Counted from the stretch's first letter, positions 32,339 through 43,020 are shown. The stretch is 64,000 nucleotides of DNA from Candidatus Cloacimonadales bacterium (GCA_963678315.1 OY782781.1:1120001-1184000), one strand, 5' to 3'. Numbers and translations are program-made. The notes: generated by a model not told the origin, from the sequence alone.

Positions 32339-32955
32339 TAGAACCTCACTTCAATTCCATTAGGCTTAATTGACACATTATTAAAATGTTCTTGCATCAA
32401 TGAATCCCACAGATTAGCATTATAGTTTTCTGTACTTTCAGCTATATCATAAATACTATAAAGCCATACTAAAGCATAAGCAACAAAGAATATTGAAGCT
32501 GTAGTATAATGCTCAGATGCTTTATCATAATTGCTGTTAATTTCATTTATTTGAGTAGCATTTTTATACTTATCGTAGTAGTCGTTTGATCGTGTTATGA
32601 AATAGAAACCAGCTCCAGCAAGAATAAGCTCAGAAGTTAAGAATACATGTCCTTTATTATATGATTCAATAGAATAATGTCCCCAACCAGGAAATATAGC
32701 TGTTTTTGCTATATTTTCAGTAATAGACTTCTCTTTTAGTTCATATAATTGCAGCATATCTCTTCTTGCTTTTAATTCTTGTCTATAGAAGTTTCTTTCT
32801 TGGAAATCATCCCATTCGTACTTCTTAGGATTGGAAAATTGCTCAATATTAAATCCTTGGGCTGTTAGATGAAAGCAAAAAAGAAGTATCAGGAATGTAG
32901 AAATTATCTTTTTAATTATCATCTTTATCATCCTTTTTCTTACCTTCATTATCAT
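32338..32955 (-). CDS. Hypothetical membrane protein (DUF5683-like)
   Basis: AIFPGWGHY motif, two hydrophobic helices, C-terminal F; start codon uncertain. Confidence 0.65.
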   Translation of the reverse strand: MIMKVRKRMIKMIIKKIISTFLILLFCFHLTAQGFNIEQFSNPKKYEWDDFQERNFYRQELKARRDMLQLYELKEKSITENIAKTAIFPGWGHYSIESYNKGHVFLTSELILAGAGFYFITRSNDYYDKYKNATQINEINSNYDKASEHYTTASIFFVAYALVWLYSIYDIAESTENYNANLWDSLMQEHFNNVSIKPNGIEVRF

Positions 32956-34444
32956 CTTTTTCTATGAAGAGTTTTCCTTCAAGAGCATGTATTGATAGTT
33001 TATTCAATCCTTTTATTTCCTTATTTCTTAGGTTAACTAGCCATTTGAAGTAATATTTATCATTCTGGCTAGTAATGGTATATCTTGCTTCGAAATTATG
33101 TTTACCGAAAGAAAGCATAACTTCCCAACCATCATCGTTAATGTCATTACCTTCATTATTAGTTTTAGCAAGTTTCTTAGCCTCATTTATAGGCTTTTGT
33201 ACAATATTTGATTTATATGCTTTAATAATTTCTAAAGCGAATTTCTCTGGATCTTTATATCTTTGAATGAGGTTTTTAGCTTCCACAATTCTTTGTTGAT
33301 ATGTAGCTAGATTATCTAGATTATAAGCTTTTTGAAGTAACTCAAGAATTTGTTCATATTTTTTGACTTGGTATTTATTTTTTTCAGAAGGACTTATCTT
33401 CCTCTTCATACCTGGAAATATAGTTCTGAGACTTGTTTCTTCATACCTTGTTGCTTTTTGGGCTAATCTTTCAGCTTCTTCAATCTTTGCAATAAACTCA
33501 GTTGTTTGTTCTATTGCTTGGAGAGCTTTTTTATAACCTGGTATAACTGTAAAAGTTTTGTTGAATAACTTAAAAGCACTATCAAAGTCCCTATCTTCAA
33601 CGTATTCATAACCTTTGTCAATATACAAACTAGCAATTTCAACAAGTCTTTTCTCAACATAATCTTGTTGTTGAGGATTGTAATGAACAGCTAGCCTAAA
33701 GAAGTTATCTGCATTTAAGTAGTCGAAAGTAGTAATTAATTTCTCAGCTTTATTAATATATAAATCTGATATAGCATTAGCAATAGGTCGGGTCTTTCCC
33801 ACAGGATAGGAATACATTTCTAAGAGCTTATCAACCCCATCATTTAAATCAATATCATTACAATATTGAATATATGCAGGATGAATTGAATGGATAAGCT
33901 CACGTGATTTTATTTCATAGCTATCATCAGGATATTTTTCATAGAAATCTTTATATAAGTCCCAAGTATTAAGAATTGTTAGCGTATCTTGGCTAAGAGA
34001 CCAGTTAATACGTTCATAATAGATTTGTGGAATAAAGTGTGATGATGGAATCTCAACTAAAATCTTCTTGTAGAAGTTGAAAGCTTCACTTTCTTTATTC
34101 TCAAGAAAGTTTAACTGGGCAAAATCGTAATAGCATCTTGCGAGAAGAGTATCCGCTTGAGCATTATTTGCCAGTATTGAAAATCTAGTTGCTAGAGGTA
34201 AATTCTCTTTATTATATGCTTTGAGTGCTAGTTCATAGTATGATTCACCTCTAATTATCTCAGCTTTTGTTTTAAAAGCTCCATTTTTAGCCTCTTCAAG
34301 GTAAGAATCAATATCTTCTGCCGATATTGCATATTTTCCTCTATCATGACTAGAAATAGCATTGCTAAACCTGTAGGTTTCACATGCTTGTAAAAGTAAT
34401 ACCAGAGAAATTACTATTACTAACTTATAGTATAATTTCTTCAT
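32912..34444 (-). CDS. TPR-like helical lipoprotein
   Basis: Lipobox LLQAC; repeated helical A....Y patterns. Confidence 0.7.
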   Translation of the reverse strand: MKKLYYKLVIVISLVLLLQACETYRFSNAISSHDRGKYAISAEDIDSYLEEAKNGAFKTKAEIIRGESYYELALKAYNKENLPLATRFSILANNAQADTLLARCYYDFAQLNFLENKESEAFNFYKKILVEIPSSHFIPQIYYERINWSLSQDTLTILNTWDLYKDFYEKYPDDSYEIKSRELIHSIHPAYIQYCNDIDLNDGVDKLLEMYSYPVGKTRPIANAISDLYINKAEKLITTFDYLNADNFFRLAVHYNPQQQDYVEKRLVEIASLYIDKGYEYVEDRDFDSAFKLFNKTFTVIPGYKKALQAIEQTTEFIAKIEEAERLAQKATRYEETSLRTIFPGMKRKISPSEKNKYQVKKYEQILELLQKAYNLDNLATYQQRIVEAKNLIQRYKDPEKFALEIIKAYKSNIVQKPINEAKKLAKTNNEGNDINDDGWEVMLSFGKHNFEARYTITSQNDKYYFKWLVNLRNKEIKGLNKLSIHALEGKLFIEKDDNEGKKKDDKDDN

Positions 34445-35162
34445 TCTCTTTAACCAACCTTGTATTTATACTTAAAATATCTTTAAACTTATTCATAAAT
34501 TCATCATAATCCCCATGTGTAATATAGATAGAATACTTACCTTCATTTGCAAGATTGATTATAGATTCTCTTGAAGGGTGAATCCCGTCAAGAATAATAA
34601 CATCACAAGTAGGAATTAACATTTCAATATCCTTCATTGAGTTAATATCGCAAGAGAGCAACATTTTTCTATTCTTTTGTTTTATGATGAAAGAATAAGC
34701 TTTCATTGAATTCGTATATTTATGACTATCAATAATATTCCTATATCCAACTAAATGATTATTAAGACTTGGATAAATCCCAAATTCTTCAAATGAGCTC
34801 CTATCGTATTCTTGAATAATTAATTTAAATTTATATCTTTCTTGAAACATATATAGAGTTGAAAAGAAATTTTTAATTGATTCTGAACTCTCAGGCAAGT
34901 ATAAATAGAGATCTTTTGTTCTTTTATAAAGGTATAATGATTGTATTAAATTAAAGATTCCTGAGAAATGGTCAGGATGTAAATGGGAAATAATGATGGC
35001 ATCAATTTGATTTTCCATTAAACCAAGTTTTAAAAGTTTTTGAGTAGTACCCTCTCCGCAATCAATTAAAAATAAAGCTTTATCTAACTCAAGTAGATAT
35101 GAGGTATGAGATTTGTCTAAAAGAGATTTTCCCGGGGCAGTACCTAATATCTTTAATTTCAT
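34425..35162 (-). CDS. Metallo-beta-lactamase fold hydrolase, RNase Z-like
   Basis: MKLKILGT, LIDCGEG, SHLHPDHFSG; start moved to the ATG at 35162. Confidence 0.8.
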   Translation of the reverse strand: MKLKILGTAPGKSLLDKSHTSYLLELDKALFLIDCGEGTTQKLLKLGLMENQIDAIIISHLHPDHFSGIFNLIQSLYLYKRTKDLYLYLPESSESIKNFFSTLYMFQERYKFKLIIQEYDRSSFEEFGIYPSLNNHLVGYRNIIDSHKYTNSMKAYSFIIKQKNRKMLLSCDINSMKDIEMLIPTCDVIILDGIHPSRESIINLANEGKYSIYITHGDYDEFMNKFKDILSINTRLVKENEEIIL

Positions 35163-35163
35163 G

Positions 35164-36318
35164 TTATTTCTTTTTGATTTGGTTAGCAGGTATTTCAACT
35201 TCCACAGAGTACAGTTTTACTGCGAATATTATATAGGATATTAAGCAGATTCCAAAAGTGAAGAGTAGGACTTGTGTCTTGCCAGAAATAGTAATTAATA
35301 TAGTAAGAATCACAGCTATTAGATTAATTATATATGCCATACAAGCTGTTATCTTTACTGATTGAAGAACATTTTTCATTCTGTGGGTTGTATGATCTTT
35401 TCCACCTTGTAGAATGTATCTTCCATCCTTCTTTCTTGTAATACTAACAAAGCATATATCAAAGATTGCATAAGAAATCAGTACAACAGGAAGCAAGTAA
35501 AACCATTTACTATTAAATTCTATAGAAGCAAAGTTTGCCATTAGAATACCCATACTTGAAAGAAAATACCCTATAAACATAGAACCGGCATCGCCTAGGA
35601 ATATCTTGGCAGGATTGAAGTTATGGAATAAAAATCCTAATAATGATCCTGAATAAGATAAAGAGATAAGCCCCATTAGTCCTAACCACATTGCTGAATT
35701 AGCATTTGATGGACTAATAATAATGGAAAAAGCAAAGAATCCTAAACCCAGAATAGCAGATATACCAGATATCATTCCATCCATATTATCAAGGAAATTT
35801 GTAGCGTTCATGAGCCCTATCATCCAAATAAATAAGATAGGTATAGAAAAGTAATTATTGAACATTATCTCAGTAGGAAATGTAACTATAGGAATCTCCA
35901 TACCATTAAGAAAAGCTGGTGCTATCCACTTTATTACTCCAAAATTCGAGGCAATAAATAGTCCACAAGCTACGAATTGTCCTAGCATTTTTGTTTTAGG
36001 TTTCATCCCAAACTTGTCATCAATCAAACCAACGATTACTATAACTAAAGCACCTAAAAGATAGCCTGTTAGCCGAACATCAAAGAGCCTATTTGCTACA
36101 ATAATCACATCATAGATAAGTAAAATTGAGAATCCTGTAAAAACACTTAATCCACCCATTAAAGGAATAGCTTTTTTGTGGATTTTTCTAGCATTAGGGT
36201 TATCCACAAAATTGATTTTAAGAGCTAACTTAATAATCAAAGGGGTAAGTGCATAGACAAACAGAAATGAAAAAACAAAAACACCGATATATTCTAAAAT
36301 TATATTATAATTACTCAT
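35164..36318 (-). CDS. wecA: Undecaprenyl-phosphate GlcNAc-1-phosphate transferase (WecA/TagO, MraY family)
   Basis: RKIH...PLMGG, GLIDD, NATNFLDNMDG, NFNPAKIFLGDAGS, DHTTHR. Confidence 0.85.
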   Translation of the reverse strand: MSNYNIILEYIGVFVFSFLFVYALTPLIIKLALKINFVDNPNARKIHKKAIPLMGGLSVFTGFSILLIYDVIIVANRLFDVRLTGYLLGALVIVIVGLIDDKFGMKPKTKMLGQFVACGLFIASNFGVIKWIAPAFLNGMEIPIVTFPTEIMFNNYFSIPILFIWMIGLMNATNFLDNMDGMISGISAILGLGFFAFSIIISPSNANSAMWLGLMGLISLSYSGSLLGFLFHNFNPAKIFLGDAGSMFIGYFLSSMGILMANFASIEFNSKWFYLLPVVLISYAIFDICFVSITRKKDGRYILQGGKDHTTHRMKNVLQSVKITACMAYIINLIAVILTILITISGKTQVLLFTFGICLISYIIFAVKLYSVEVEIPANQIKKK

Positions 36319-36510
36319 GACAAACCTTTTACTTAATTTGTACTAAATTATCTTATTAATCCTTTTTGTCAAAGTTAAAATTACTATATGATATAATATA
36401 CTGTCTGAACTGCAATTAATACTTTAGCTTGAAGAGTTAAGGTATCTAGGAAATAGTGAAGTTTGCTCATGCTTAGGCAAAAGTTAAACCGAGATATTGA
36501 TTATCCAAAT

Positions 36511-36723
36511 CCCATGATTTCAATCATGGGATTTGGATAATTTACCCTTTCAGGGCTATTCAATTTGTGAACTATTACATGGAGGACAAGCCTCCATGCT
36601 TAGTATATGCCACCCCTTCGGGGTTAATTCCTCAATCCCTGCCTGTCGGTAGACAGGTAACTCCTAACTGCCATATTGCCCATGCACCTCTTGCATAAAA
36701 AGCAGATTTAATGCAGGAGGCCC
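36511..36723. repeat. Mixed palindromic repeat cluster (families C and D)
   Basis: CCCATGATTTCAATCATGGG, ACCCTTTCAGGG, ACCCCTTCGGGGT, CCTGCCTGTCGGTAGACAGG, TTGCATAAAAAGCAGATTTAATGCAG. Confidence 0.7.
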
Positions 36724-36760
36724 AAGAGGAAGCAGTAGAGTTTAAGTCAACAAATAAGGA

Positions 36761-37765
36761 TTAAACCTCAACCTTTAAGTCTCTAAGCATGAGATTTGTA
36801 ATGACTTCTTTAGGACTGGAGTCTTCTGTAAGCAATCTATATACGCTTTCTACTATTGGCATTTCTACATTATGTTTTCGGGCTAACATGAAGGTAGTAT
36901 AGGTTGCTGGAACACCTTCTGCTACCATTGGCATACTAGCAATAATGTCCTCAAGTTTTTTACCTAAACCAAGTTGTTCTCCTACATATCTATTTCTACT
37001 ATGTCTAGAAATAGCGGTAGTAATCAAATCACCCATCCCAGCCAATCCATCTAATGTCTCTGATTTAGCTCCCATAGCAAGGGCTAATCTTTTGATTTCT
37101 ACGTTACCTCTAGTAAGCAAAGCACCTAAAGTGTTATCTCCAAAGCCTAGACCATAAATGATACCTGCAGCTAAAGCAATAACATTCTTGATTGCTCCTC
37201 CAAGTTCAACTCCAATAAGATCTTGAGTAATATATACTCTGAAATAATGGTTGCTAAACACTTGTTGGAAAAGCTTTAATAATTCTAGGTTCTCTCCAGC
37301 AATGGTTACTGTAGTTGGTAAACCTGAAGCTACTTCTTCAGCATGGCTAGGTCCTGATAAGGCACATATTTTATTATTAAATCTTGCTGGAAGTTCTTTC
37401 TTAATCATATCAGAAAGAATTTCTCCAGTATTATGATTGTAGCCTTTGGCAAGGTTTATGATTCCTTCAAGACATGTTAGTTGTTCAACAAAAGGAAAAA
37501 TCTTCTTTAACGTCTCTTCTAAGAATGAAGAAGGGGTTGCTAAAATAATTGCTTGCGTATCAAGAGTTATTACCTCTGAAATGTTATTAGAAACAAGAGC
37601 TTCTATTTTTACTCCAGGAAGATATTTACTATTCTCTTTGGTATTTCTAATTTCCTCTACGTCTTGAAGGCTGTATTCCCAAATTCTTACATTGTTATTA
37701 TTATCATGGAGCAGCTTTGAGATTGCTAATCCCCAGCTTCCTCCACCAATTATTGCTATATTCAT
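36761..37765 (-). CDS. gpsA: NAD(P)H-dependent glycerol-3-phosphate dehydrogenase
   Basis: IIGGGSWG, LSGPSHAEEV, GGAIKNVIA, GDLITT..S.HSRN, AEGV. Confidence 0.95.
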   Translation of the reverse strand: MNIAIIGGGSWGLAISKLLHDNNNNVRIWEYSLQDVEEIRNTKENSKYLPGVKIEALVSNNISEVITLDTQAIILATPSSFLEETLKKIFPFVEQLTCLEGIINLAKGYNHNTGEILSDMIKKELPARFNNKICALSGPSHAEEVASGLPTTVTIAGENLELLKLFQQVFSNHYFRVYITQDLIGVELGGAIKNVIALAAGIIYGLGFGDNTLGALLTRGNVEIKRLALAMGAKSETLDGLAGMGDLITTAISRHSRNRYVGEQLGLGKKLEDIIASMPMVAEGVPATYTTFMLARKHNVEMPIVESVYRLLTEDSSPKEVITNLMLRDLKVEV

Positions 37766-37831
37766 AATTAAATTCCTTTCACAGTAAATAATGTTTAATT
37801 GGATTATCCTAGAATTTCAATCATATAATAC

Positions 37832-37866
37832 AAAAATCGAGATTGTAAGTATATTACAATCTCAAT
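37832..37866 (-). terminator. Intrinsic terminator after the pgs cluster
   Basis: GAGATTGTAA/TTACAATCTC stem followed by a T run on the minus strand. Confidence 0.6.
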
Positions 37867-37896
37867 AAAATTATATCTTGATTATCTGAAAAATGA

Positions 37897-38175
37897 TTAG
37901 ATTATATCATCATCGTCATCATCAAAATCAAGGTCATCATCGTCAAGAATCCAGTCAGGAGCGAAGCTTACATCTTCTTCATAGTCCCAACCATCAACAT
38001 TCTCAAGTCCGAATCTATTTAGTAAGTCTTCTTCCCAGATAGTATATCCAACTTTGGTGTTTTTAATAGTCCAAACTAAGACTGGATGTGTGAACCTTCT
38101 TAAGTCCACTTTTTCATTCTCAATTAAATATAGAAACTCTTTTATCTTTTCTTTTCTAGCTTCTTTCTTAAACAT
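37897..38175 (-). CDS. Small hypothetical protein with acidic tail
   Basis: 92-aa ORF with SD-like GGTAGG; Asp-rich C-terminus. Confidence 0.65.
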   Translation of the reverse strand: MFKKEARKEKIKEFLYLIENEKVDLRRFTHPVLVWTIKNTKVGYTIWEEDLLNRFGLENVDGWDYEEDVSFAPDWILDDDDLDFDDDDDDII

Positions 38176-38193
38176 TATAATTACCTACCATCA

Positions 38194-39192
38194 TTAAAAT
38201 TTTATTGGAAGTTCAAAGTTTAACGATATTTGATTTTCAGTATAAGTTTTATCGTCTTCTACACTTTGTGTTTCGGAGGTCACATTTCTAGATTTATAAG
38301 TATAGTCAAGTGTAATATTGAAAAGGTTTCTTAAGTAAAATTTAACACTAGGACTTACAGATGTTATATAATCTTCTCTACCACTATGGAACTTGTCATA
38401 ACCATCATAGAATCTAGATTCATAACTAAAATCTAGAACAGGTCTATAACTGAACAAAGAAGTCTTAATCTTTTTAAATCTGAGTTGTCCCTTGTAAATA
38501 TTAGATTCATAAGATGCATCTGAGACTGCATCTTCTTCTGTAATATCTTCATCTGTTTCGAAAGAACGGTAATAGTACCAGCCGATTAAATACAATTCTG
38601 ACATTGAGTATTTCAAACCTATACCAGGAGTTAAAGCTTTACCATCATACTCAGTGAAGAATTCATTATGATAGTATTCATCATATTTTAAATATCCAAG
38701 AAGGTATAACTTTCTGCTAAGACGATACTGTGCATCAAGCTTGTATAGGTTCTTATCATATTCAAACATTTCATACTCTTCAGTGCCATCTTTATCTTGA
38801 TATTGTCTTACATAGTTATCAGGGTAATAGCCATAAAAGAAATCTAAGTCTAAGTTCTTATATCCAAAGCCTAGACCTGCTCCAAGCATGTACTTGGATT
38901 TATCTGTGTTTTTAAGATAAGCTTGATAATTACCTTTTACTGTGAAATGATAACCAAATTTTCCTATATTATCTCTATAGAAAACTGATGCTTCAGTCTG
39001 GTTTATCAAATCATCTCTTGTTTCAATATAAGAGAACTTATCATGACCATCTTCGTGACTATCAATGTCATCTTCTGATAGTTGGAAGACGTTGTCAGTA
39101 TATGTTGAATGGTTTTTAAGTGTGAGAGAGAAATTTCCATACAACAATAAACTAGAAAGTACTAAGATTAATATTAACGTAACTTTCTTCAT
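38194..39192 (-). CDS. Putative outer-membrane beta-barrel protein
   Basis: Signal peptide; Tyr-rich alternating strands; YTDNVF start and C-terminal F as in polysaccharide-associated barrels. Confidence 0.7.
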   Translation of the reverse strand: MKKVTLILILVLSSLLLYGNFSLTLKNHSTYTDNVFQLSEDDIDSHEDGHDKFSYIETRDDLINQTEASVFYRDNIGKFGYHFTVKGNYQAYLKNTDKSKYMLGAGLGFGYKNLDLDFFYGYYPDNYVRQYQDKDGTEEYEMFEYDKNLYKLDAQYRLSRKLYLLGYLKYDEYYHNEFFTEYDGKALTPGIGLKYSMSELYLIGWYYYRSFETDEDITEEDAVSDASYESNIYKGQLRFKKIKTSLFSYRPVLDFSYESRFYDGYDKFHSGREDYITSVSPSVKFYLRNLFNITLDYTYKSRNVTSETQSVEDDKTYTENQISLNFELPIKF

Positions 39193-39701
39193 GATTTAAG
39201 TTCCTCTTGTTTGAGAATTATTCTATTAGTATTTTCAGGAGCAATTTTCTTAATATACATTCTAACTAAAACAGGGTTTTTATGGTTGGTTATCAATTCA
39301 ATCTTAGTTTTTGTTAAACTAGGAGTAATGTATATTTTCTTTGCTCTAGAAAGATCAACATACTTTTCAGAAGTAAATTTAATTGATTTAGAAGTGTCGA
39401 CACTGAGAATCATACTTAATGTTCCATTAAGTTTAACATTAAGATCAGGCTCGATAGATTCATCAGCAATTGTTCTTACAAAACCATAAGCCTCATAGCC
39501 TTCAGGAACCTCGTACTCCAATGTTGTTCCTTCTGATAGTACAAAATAATCTCTACCAGTATCAGTCTTGGTGTTTATTACATTGACTGATTCACATTGA
39601 TTAATTGGTTTGAGATGCTTAGATTTAATCTTCTTATTGTTATTCGCTAGCAAAGAACTTGCTAATACTAATAATATTAATAAAAACGATAACTTTTTCA
39701 T
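39189..39701 (-). CDS. Hypothetical exported protein
   Basis: Signal peptide MKKLSFLL...LLA; overlaps the next gene (ATGA). Confidence 0.7.
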   Translation of the reverse strand: MKKLSFLLILLVLASSLLANNNKKIKSKHLKPINQCESVNVINTKTDTGRDYFVLSEGTTLEYEVPEGYEAYGFVRTIADESIEPDLNVKLNGTLSMILSVDTSKSIKFTSEKYVDLSRAKKIYITPSLTKTKIELITNHKNPVLVRMYIKKIAPENTNRIILKQEELKS

Positions 39702-39702
39702 G

Positions 39703-40782
39703 TTAGTCCTCGTTATGTCCTACTAAATTAGCCATGAAATGTCTATCTGAACGGTCAAATCTAACTACAACAGCAATCGCAATTAATAATATAATTAGAC
39801 CGATAATTGCAAAAGTAAGACTGTATCCGTAAATAATACCTTTACCAAGCTCATCCATATCTTCACCATCATTGGCAAAGTAATATTTCTCGAATGTATC
39901 ATTACCCTTGAACATGTGAATTACAGGTACTTCCTTTTCAGAGAAATAATTTAACACACCTGATCTTTCAAGTTCAGGAAGCTTATTATTTACACCTTCT
40001 TTAAGTAGATTAGCAGAAACCACTGAACCTACGTTAGCTACTGCACCACCGATATTAATGAATGCTTTGTATTCTTTTCCTTTCGGAAGAGCTTGTTCAT
40101 ACATTTTAATTCTTGAAGAATTACCTTCAACTAATTGCAGACCTTTGTTTGAAATAATGTCAACAAGAAGTTCTTTTCCTTCGCTGTTCAAACCAGCAGC
40201 CACGTCACGATTACCACCTCTAGAAGCACAGTAAGATTTAATACCAGTTTCTGGGTAGATTGCTTCTTCCATGTCAAGCCAAGTAAGGTTAATATTACTT
40301 GCACCAAATCTTGAAGAACTTAATGCTGTGATAACCACAGGATTTAAACCATATTCTTTAATAGCTGAATATAAAGCAATGTTAATTGCTGGACTAGCAC
40401 CAGAAACACCAACAGCTACATAATCACCAGCTTGAAGATTTGCTTCGTCAAACCATTTGATAAATACAGCTGGTAAGTTAGGATTTAGTGCTCTTCTTTT
40501 TTCTGATAAGACACCTCTAGATGTAACGATAGGACTTGTTTCAGGTCCAATAATACCTTCTTTATCTGGGTCAATCTTCTTATCCCATACTGCTTTATCT
40601 GCTTTTAATAATTTATTGAATTCTGCTGTTACTTTGTTTACAGAACGTTGCATTCTTTCACCAGCAGCTTTTTGTTGGTCAAATAAGTTACCATTACTTA
40701 AACTAATAATAAATAATATTAGAATTGATAGAATTGACAGTGCAATTAATGAAAAGTTTGTTCTTAATGATGGTCTAAACAT
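39703..40782 (-). CDS. pgsW: Poly-gamma-glutamate system protein PgsW
   Basis: GIIGPE.SPIVTS.G.L..KR..LNP, GD.VAVG.SG..P.IN, SSRFGA, FINIGG; directly after pgsC. Confidence 0.8.
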   Translation of the reverse strand: MFRPSLRTNFSLIALSILSILILFIISLSNGNLFDQQKAAGERMQRSVNKVTAEFNKLLKADKAVWDKKIDPDKEGIIGPETSPIVTSRGVLSEKRRALNPNLPAVFIKWFDEANLQAGDYVAVGVSGASPAINIALYSAIKEYGLNPVVITALSSSRFGASNINLTWLDMEEAIYPETGIKSYCASRGGNRDVAAGLNSEGKELLVDIISNKGLQLVEGNSSRIKMYEQALPKGKEYKAFINIGGAVANVGSVVSANLLKEGVNNKLPELERSGVLNYFSEKEVPVIHMFKGNDTFEKYYFANDGEDMDELGKGIIYGYSLTFAIIGLIILLIAIAVVVRFDRSDRHFMANLVGHNED

Positions 40783-41233
40783 GGAAACTTACCTCCCCAC
40801 CTGTTAATCCAGAAATCACCATTAAGGTAATTCTAACTAATACAGCAGCAATAATCATAGTCGCAAATGTTTTAACAACACCTTGACGCTCTAACCAGTT
40901 TGCTATTAGACCTGGGATGATGTAACCAATTGATTCTACATTGAAACTTGAGAATGAAAGTTCCATACCTGAAACTGACCATCCTAAGATGAAACCTATT
41001 AATATACTCAATGCCATTCTTCTTTTTCCGTAAAGGATAGTAAATGAAGAAATTATTCTGATCACAAACCAAGTAGCTAAAGCCACTAAAAGAGTTGTGA
41101 TTATTTGTACAGGACGATCTAAATACAGAGCAATATAGCCAGGTACAACAATACCACCAGCTGAAGCTCCTAATAATTCTGTGAAAATTAAACTAACTAT
41201 TACACCTAAACCAACGGCAGCTTCGACCATCAA
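40775..41233 (-). CDS. pgsC: Poly-gamma-glutamate biosynthesis protein PgsC/CapC
   Basis: AGGIVVPGYIAL, ILYGKRR, IGYIIPGLIANW.ERQG; start uncertain by one codon. Confidence 0.93.
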   Translation of the reverse strand: MMVEAAVGLGVIVSLIFTELLGASAGGIVVPGYIALYLDRPVQIITTLLVALATWFVIRIISSFTILYGKRRMALSILIGFILGWSVSGMELSFSSFNVESIGYIIPGLIANWLERQGVVKTFATMIIAAVLVRITLMVISGLTGGEVSFHV

Positions 41234-41240
41234 TTTCTCC

Positions 41241-42434
41241 TTATTTTATGTTACTTTTTTGTTTTTTTTCAATATGTTTAAAGTGGTTAACGATTTGGGC
41301 ACCGTACTTAACTTTACCCGCTATGTTACCGATTCCAACAATGTGAGCTTCTTTATCAGTAAGCTCAACTATTTTCTCATGTATAACTCTGGTTAAAACT
41401 TCACCAATTTTAATAACTTTTTTCTTATCAATCTTCAAATGAATAGCATGATCATAAGTCTTTTGTGGTGATTCTCCAGTTAGGAGGAGGTAATCAAAAT
41501 TAAGCTTTGTACATACTTCTAATAATTGTTCGGTTCTAAAGAATCTATCAGATCTGGTATTTAGAATAATAAATTTGGTTCCATTTGTTAGATGATCTGT
41601 TATTCTGTGGTATAAGAACTCAGTAGATGCAGGATCATTAGCTGCAAAAACATTGTAGAACATTAATGATTTGTTACCTTCAGTAATCTTATGTTGAGTA
41701 AGAGCACCAGGATCAGGTGTTGCCATCTGCATACCTTTAAGAGCAATGTCTCTAGGAACGCCTACTTGTTCACATACTTTTAAAGCTAGTTGAATATTAT
41801 CTTCATGTTCAATATAAGAGAAGCCCATAAGTTCTTCTTTGCTTATATCTTTAGGTAGAATTTGAGCTAAATCTGTTCCCATTTTGTTAGCTCTTTTCTT
41901 TAACACTTGGAATATTTTTTTGTCATTCTCAGCTGTGTAGCATGTTTTATTTGGAGGGAAGAAGTTAGCTAGGCTATTTGCCACAGATTCAACAGTTTCT
42001 CCCATTTGATCGGTATGATCTAAACGTGCATTAGTAAGAACACCAATAGTTGCTTTGACTAATCTTCTTTCACAAACCCATTGATAAACTGGGTTAACAG
42101 CCATACATTCAATAACAATGGCTTCTGGGTTCATCTTAGCAGTATGTCTAAAAATATATTTCTGCTCAATAATGTTTGCGCCCATAAGTCTAACTATAGC
42201 ACTTTCACGCCCATCTGGATGTATTATTCTAGGTAATGTTCCAGTAGTCTTGGCTACAGTCTTGATATCCCCTGCGCGTAATCCAGCTGCTATCAATCTG
42301 GTTACACTTGATTTACCTCGAGTTCCATTAACATGGATTCTTATTGGTACCTTATTGACATTTTTAAGGTGTCTCGTGTATTCAATAATCCAATAAATAA
42401 CTAAAGAAATAGTTGCTAATATTAAAAATATCAT
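41241..42434 (-). CDS. pgsB: Poly-gamma-glutamate synthase PgsB/CapB
   Basis: RIHVNGTRGKSSVTRL, AKTTGT, ECMAVNP, DHTDQMG, FAANDP. Confidence 0.95.
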   Translation of the reverse strand: MIFLILATISLVIYWIIEYTRHLKNVNKVPIRIHVNGTRGKSSVTRLIAAGLRAGDIKTVAKTTGTLPRIIHPDGRESAIVRLMGANIIEQKYIFRHTAKMNPEAIVIECMAVNPVYQWVCERRLVKATIGVLTNARLDHTDQMGETVESVANSLANFFPPNKTCYTAENDKKIFQVLKKRANKMGTDLAQILPKDISKEELMGFSYIEHEDNIQLALKVCEQVGVPRDIALKGMQMATPDPGALTQHKITEGNKSLMFYNVFAANDPASTEFLYHRITDHLTNGTKFIILNTRSDRFFRTEQLLEVCTKLNFDYLLLTGESPQKTYDHAIHLKIDKKKVIKIGEVLTRVIHEKIVELTDKEAHIVGIGNIAGKVKYGAQIVNHFKHIEKKQKSNIK

Positions 42435-42606
42435 TGAAATCCCTTAATTTAATAATTTTCAATTATATTAATGCAAGTTGTATTCCTTAATTGTTATTAT
42501 AGCACTTATAAAGTAAAATTATCTCAAGTTTTGCCTGAATATAACTTGAATGTTTACTTACTTCTGTAGCAATTAACTTCTGACTATGCTTCAAATAAGC
42601 TTATAT

Positions 42607-43020
42607 TTACCAGAGAACCTTTCTAACTAGCACAGTAATTTTAGCATTTAGTTGTCTAGAATCAATATCTGAAACTCTATTACTAAATTTTATCCTTTCC
42701 TTGAATATATTTCTTCCTGGTTTGTAGTCGTAGTATTTAATAGTAGAGGTAATTAGATTCTTATCTTGGTCAAAGATTTCAATTCTAGTCTTTTGAGTAA
42801 TCTCCCTGTTTGATTGGTTTTCTATGCTAAAGTTAACTACCGCAGACTGCATATTTATCTCATCAAACATTATTGTTTGTTCATCTACTTTTAGAGAATT
42901 GACTGTTTTATTGCTACAATAAGAGTGGAGTAGTACTCCTATGATACATACTAAAAGAAAAAGTATCTTGTATTTAGATGAAATGTCTCTTTTTCTTCTG
43001 AAATCCGGTGCTTCAAACAT
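42607..43020 (-). CDS. Hypothetical membrane-anchored protein
   Basis: 137 aa; SD AGGAG; single TM followed by an Ig-like beta-rich region. Confidence 0.7.
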   Translation of the reverse strand: MFEAPDFRRKRDISSKYKILFLLVCIIGVLLHSYCSNKTVNSLKVDEQTIMFDEINMQSAVVNFSIENQSNREITQKTRIEIFDQDKNLITSTIKYYDYKPGRNIFKERIKFSNRVSDIDSRQLNAKITVLVRKVLW

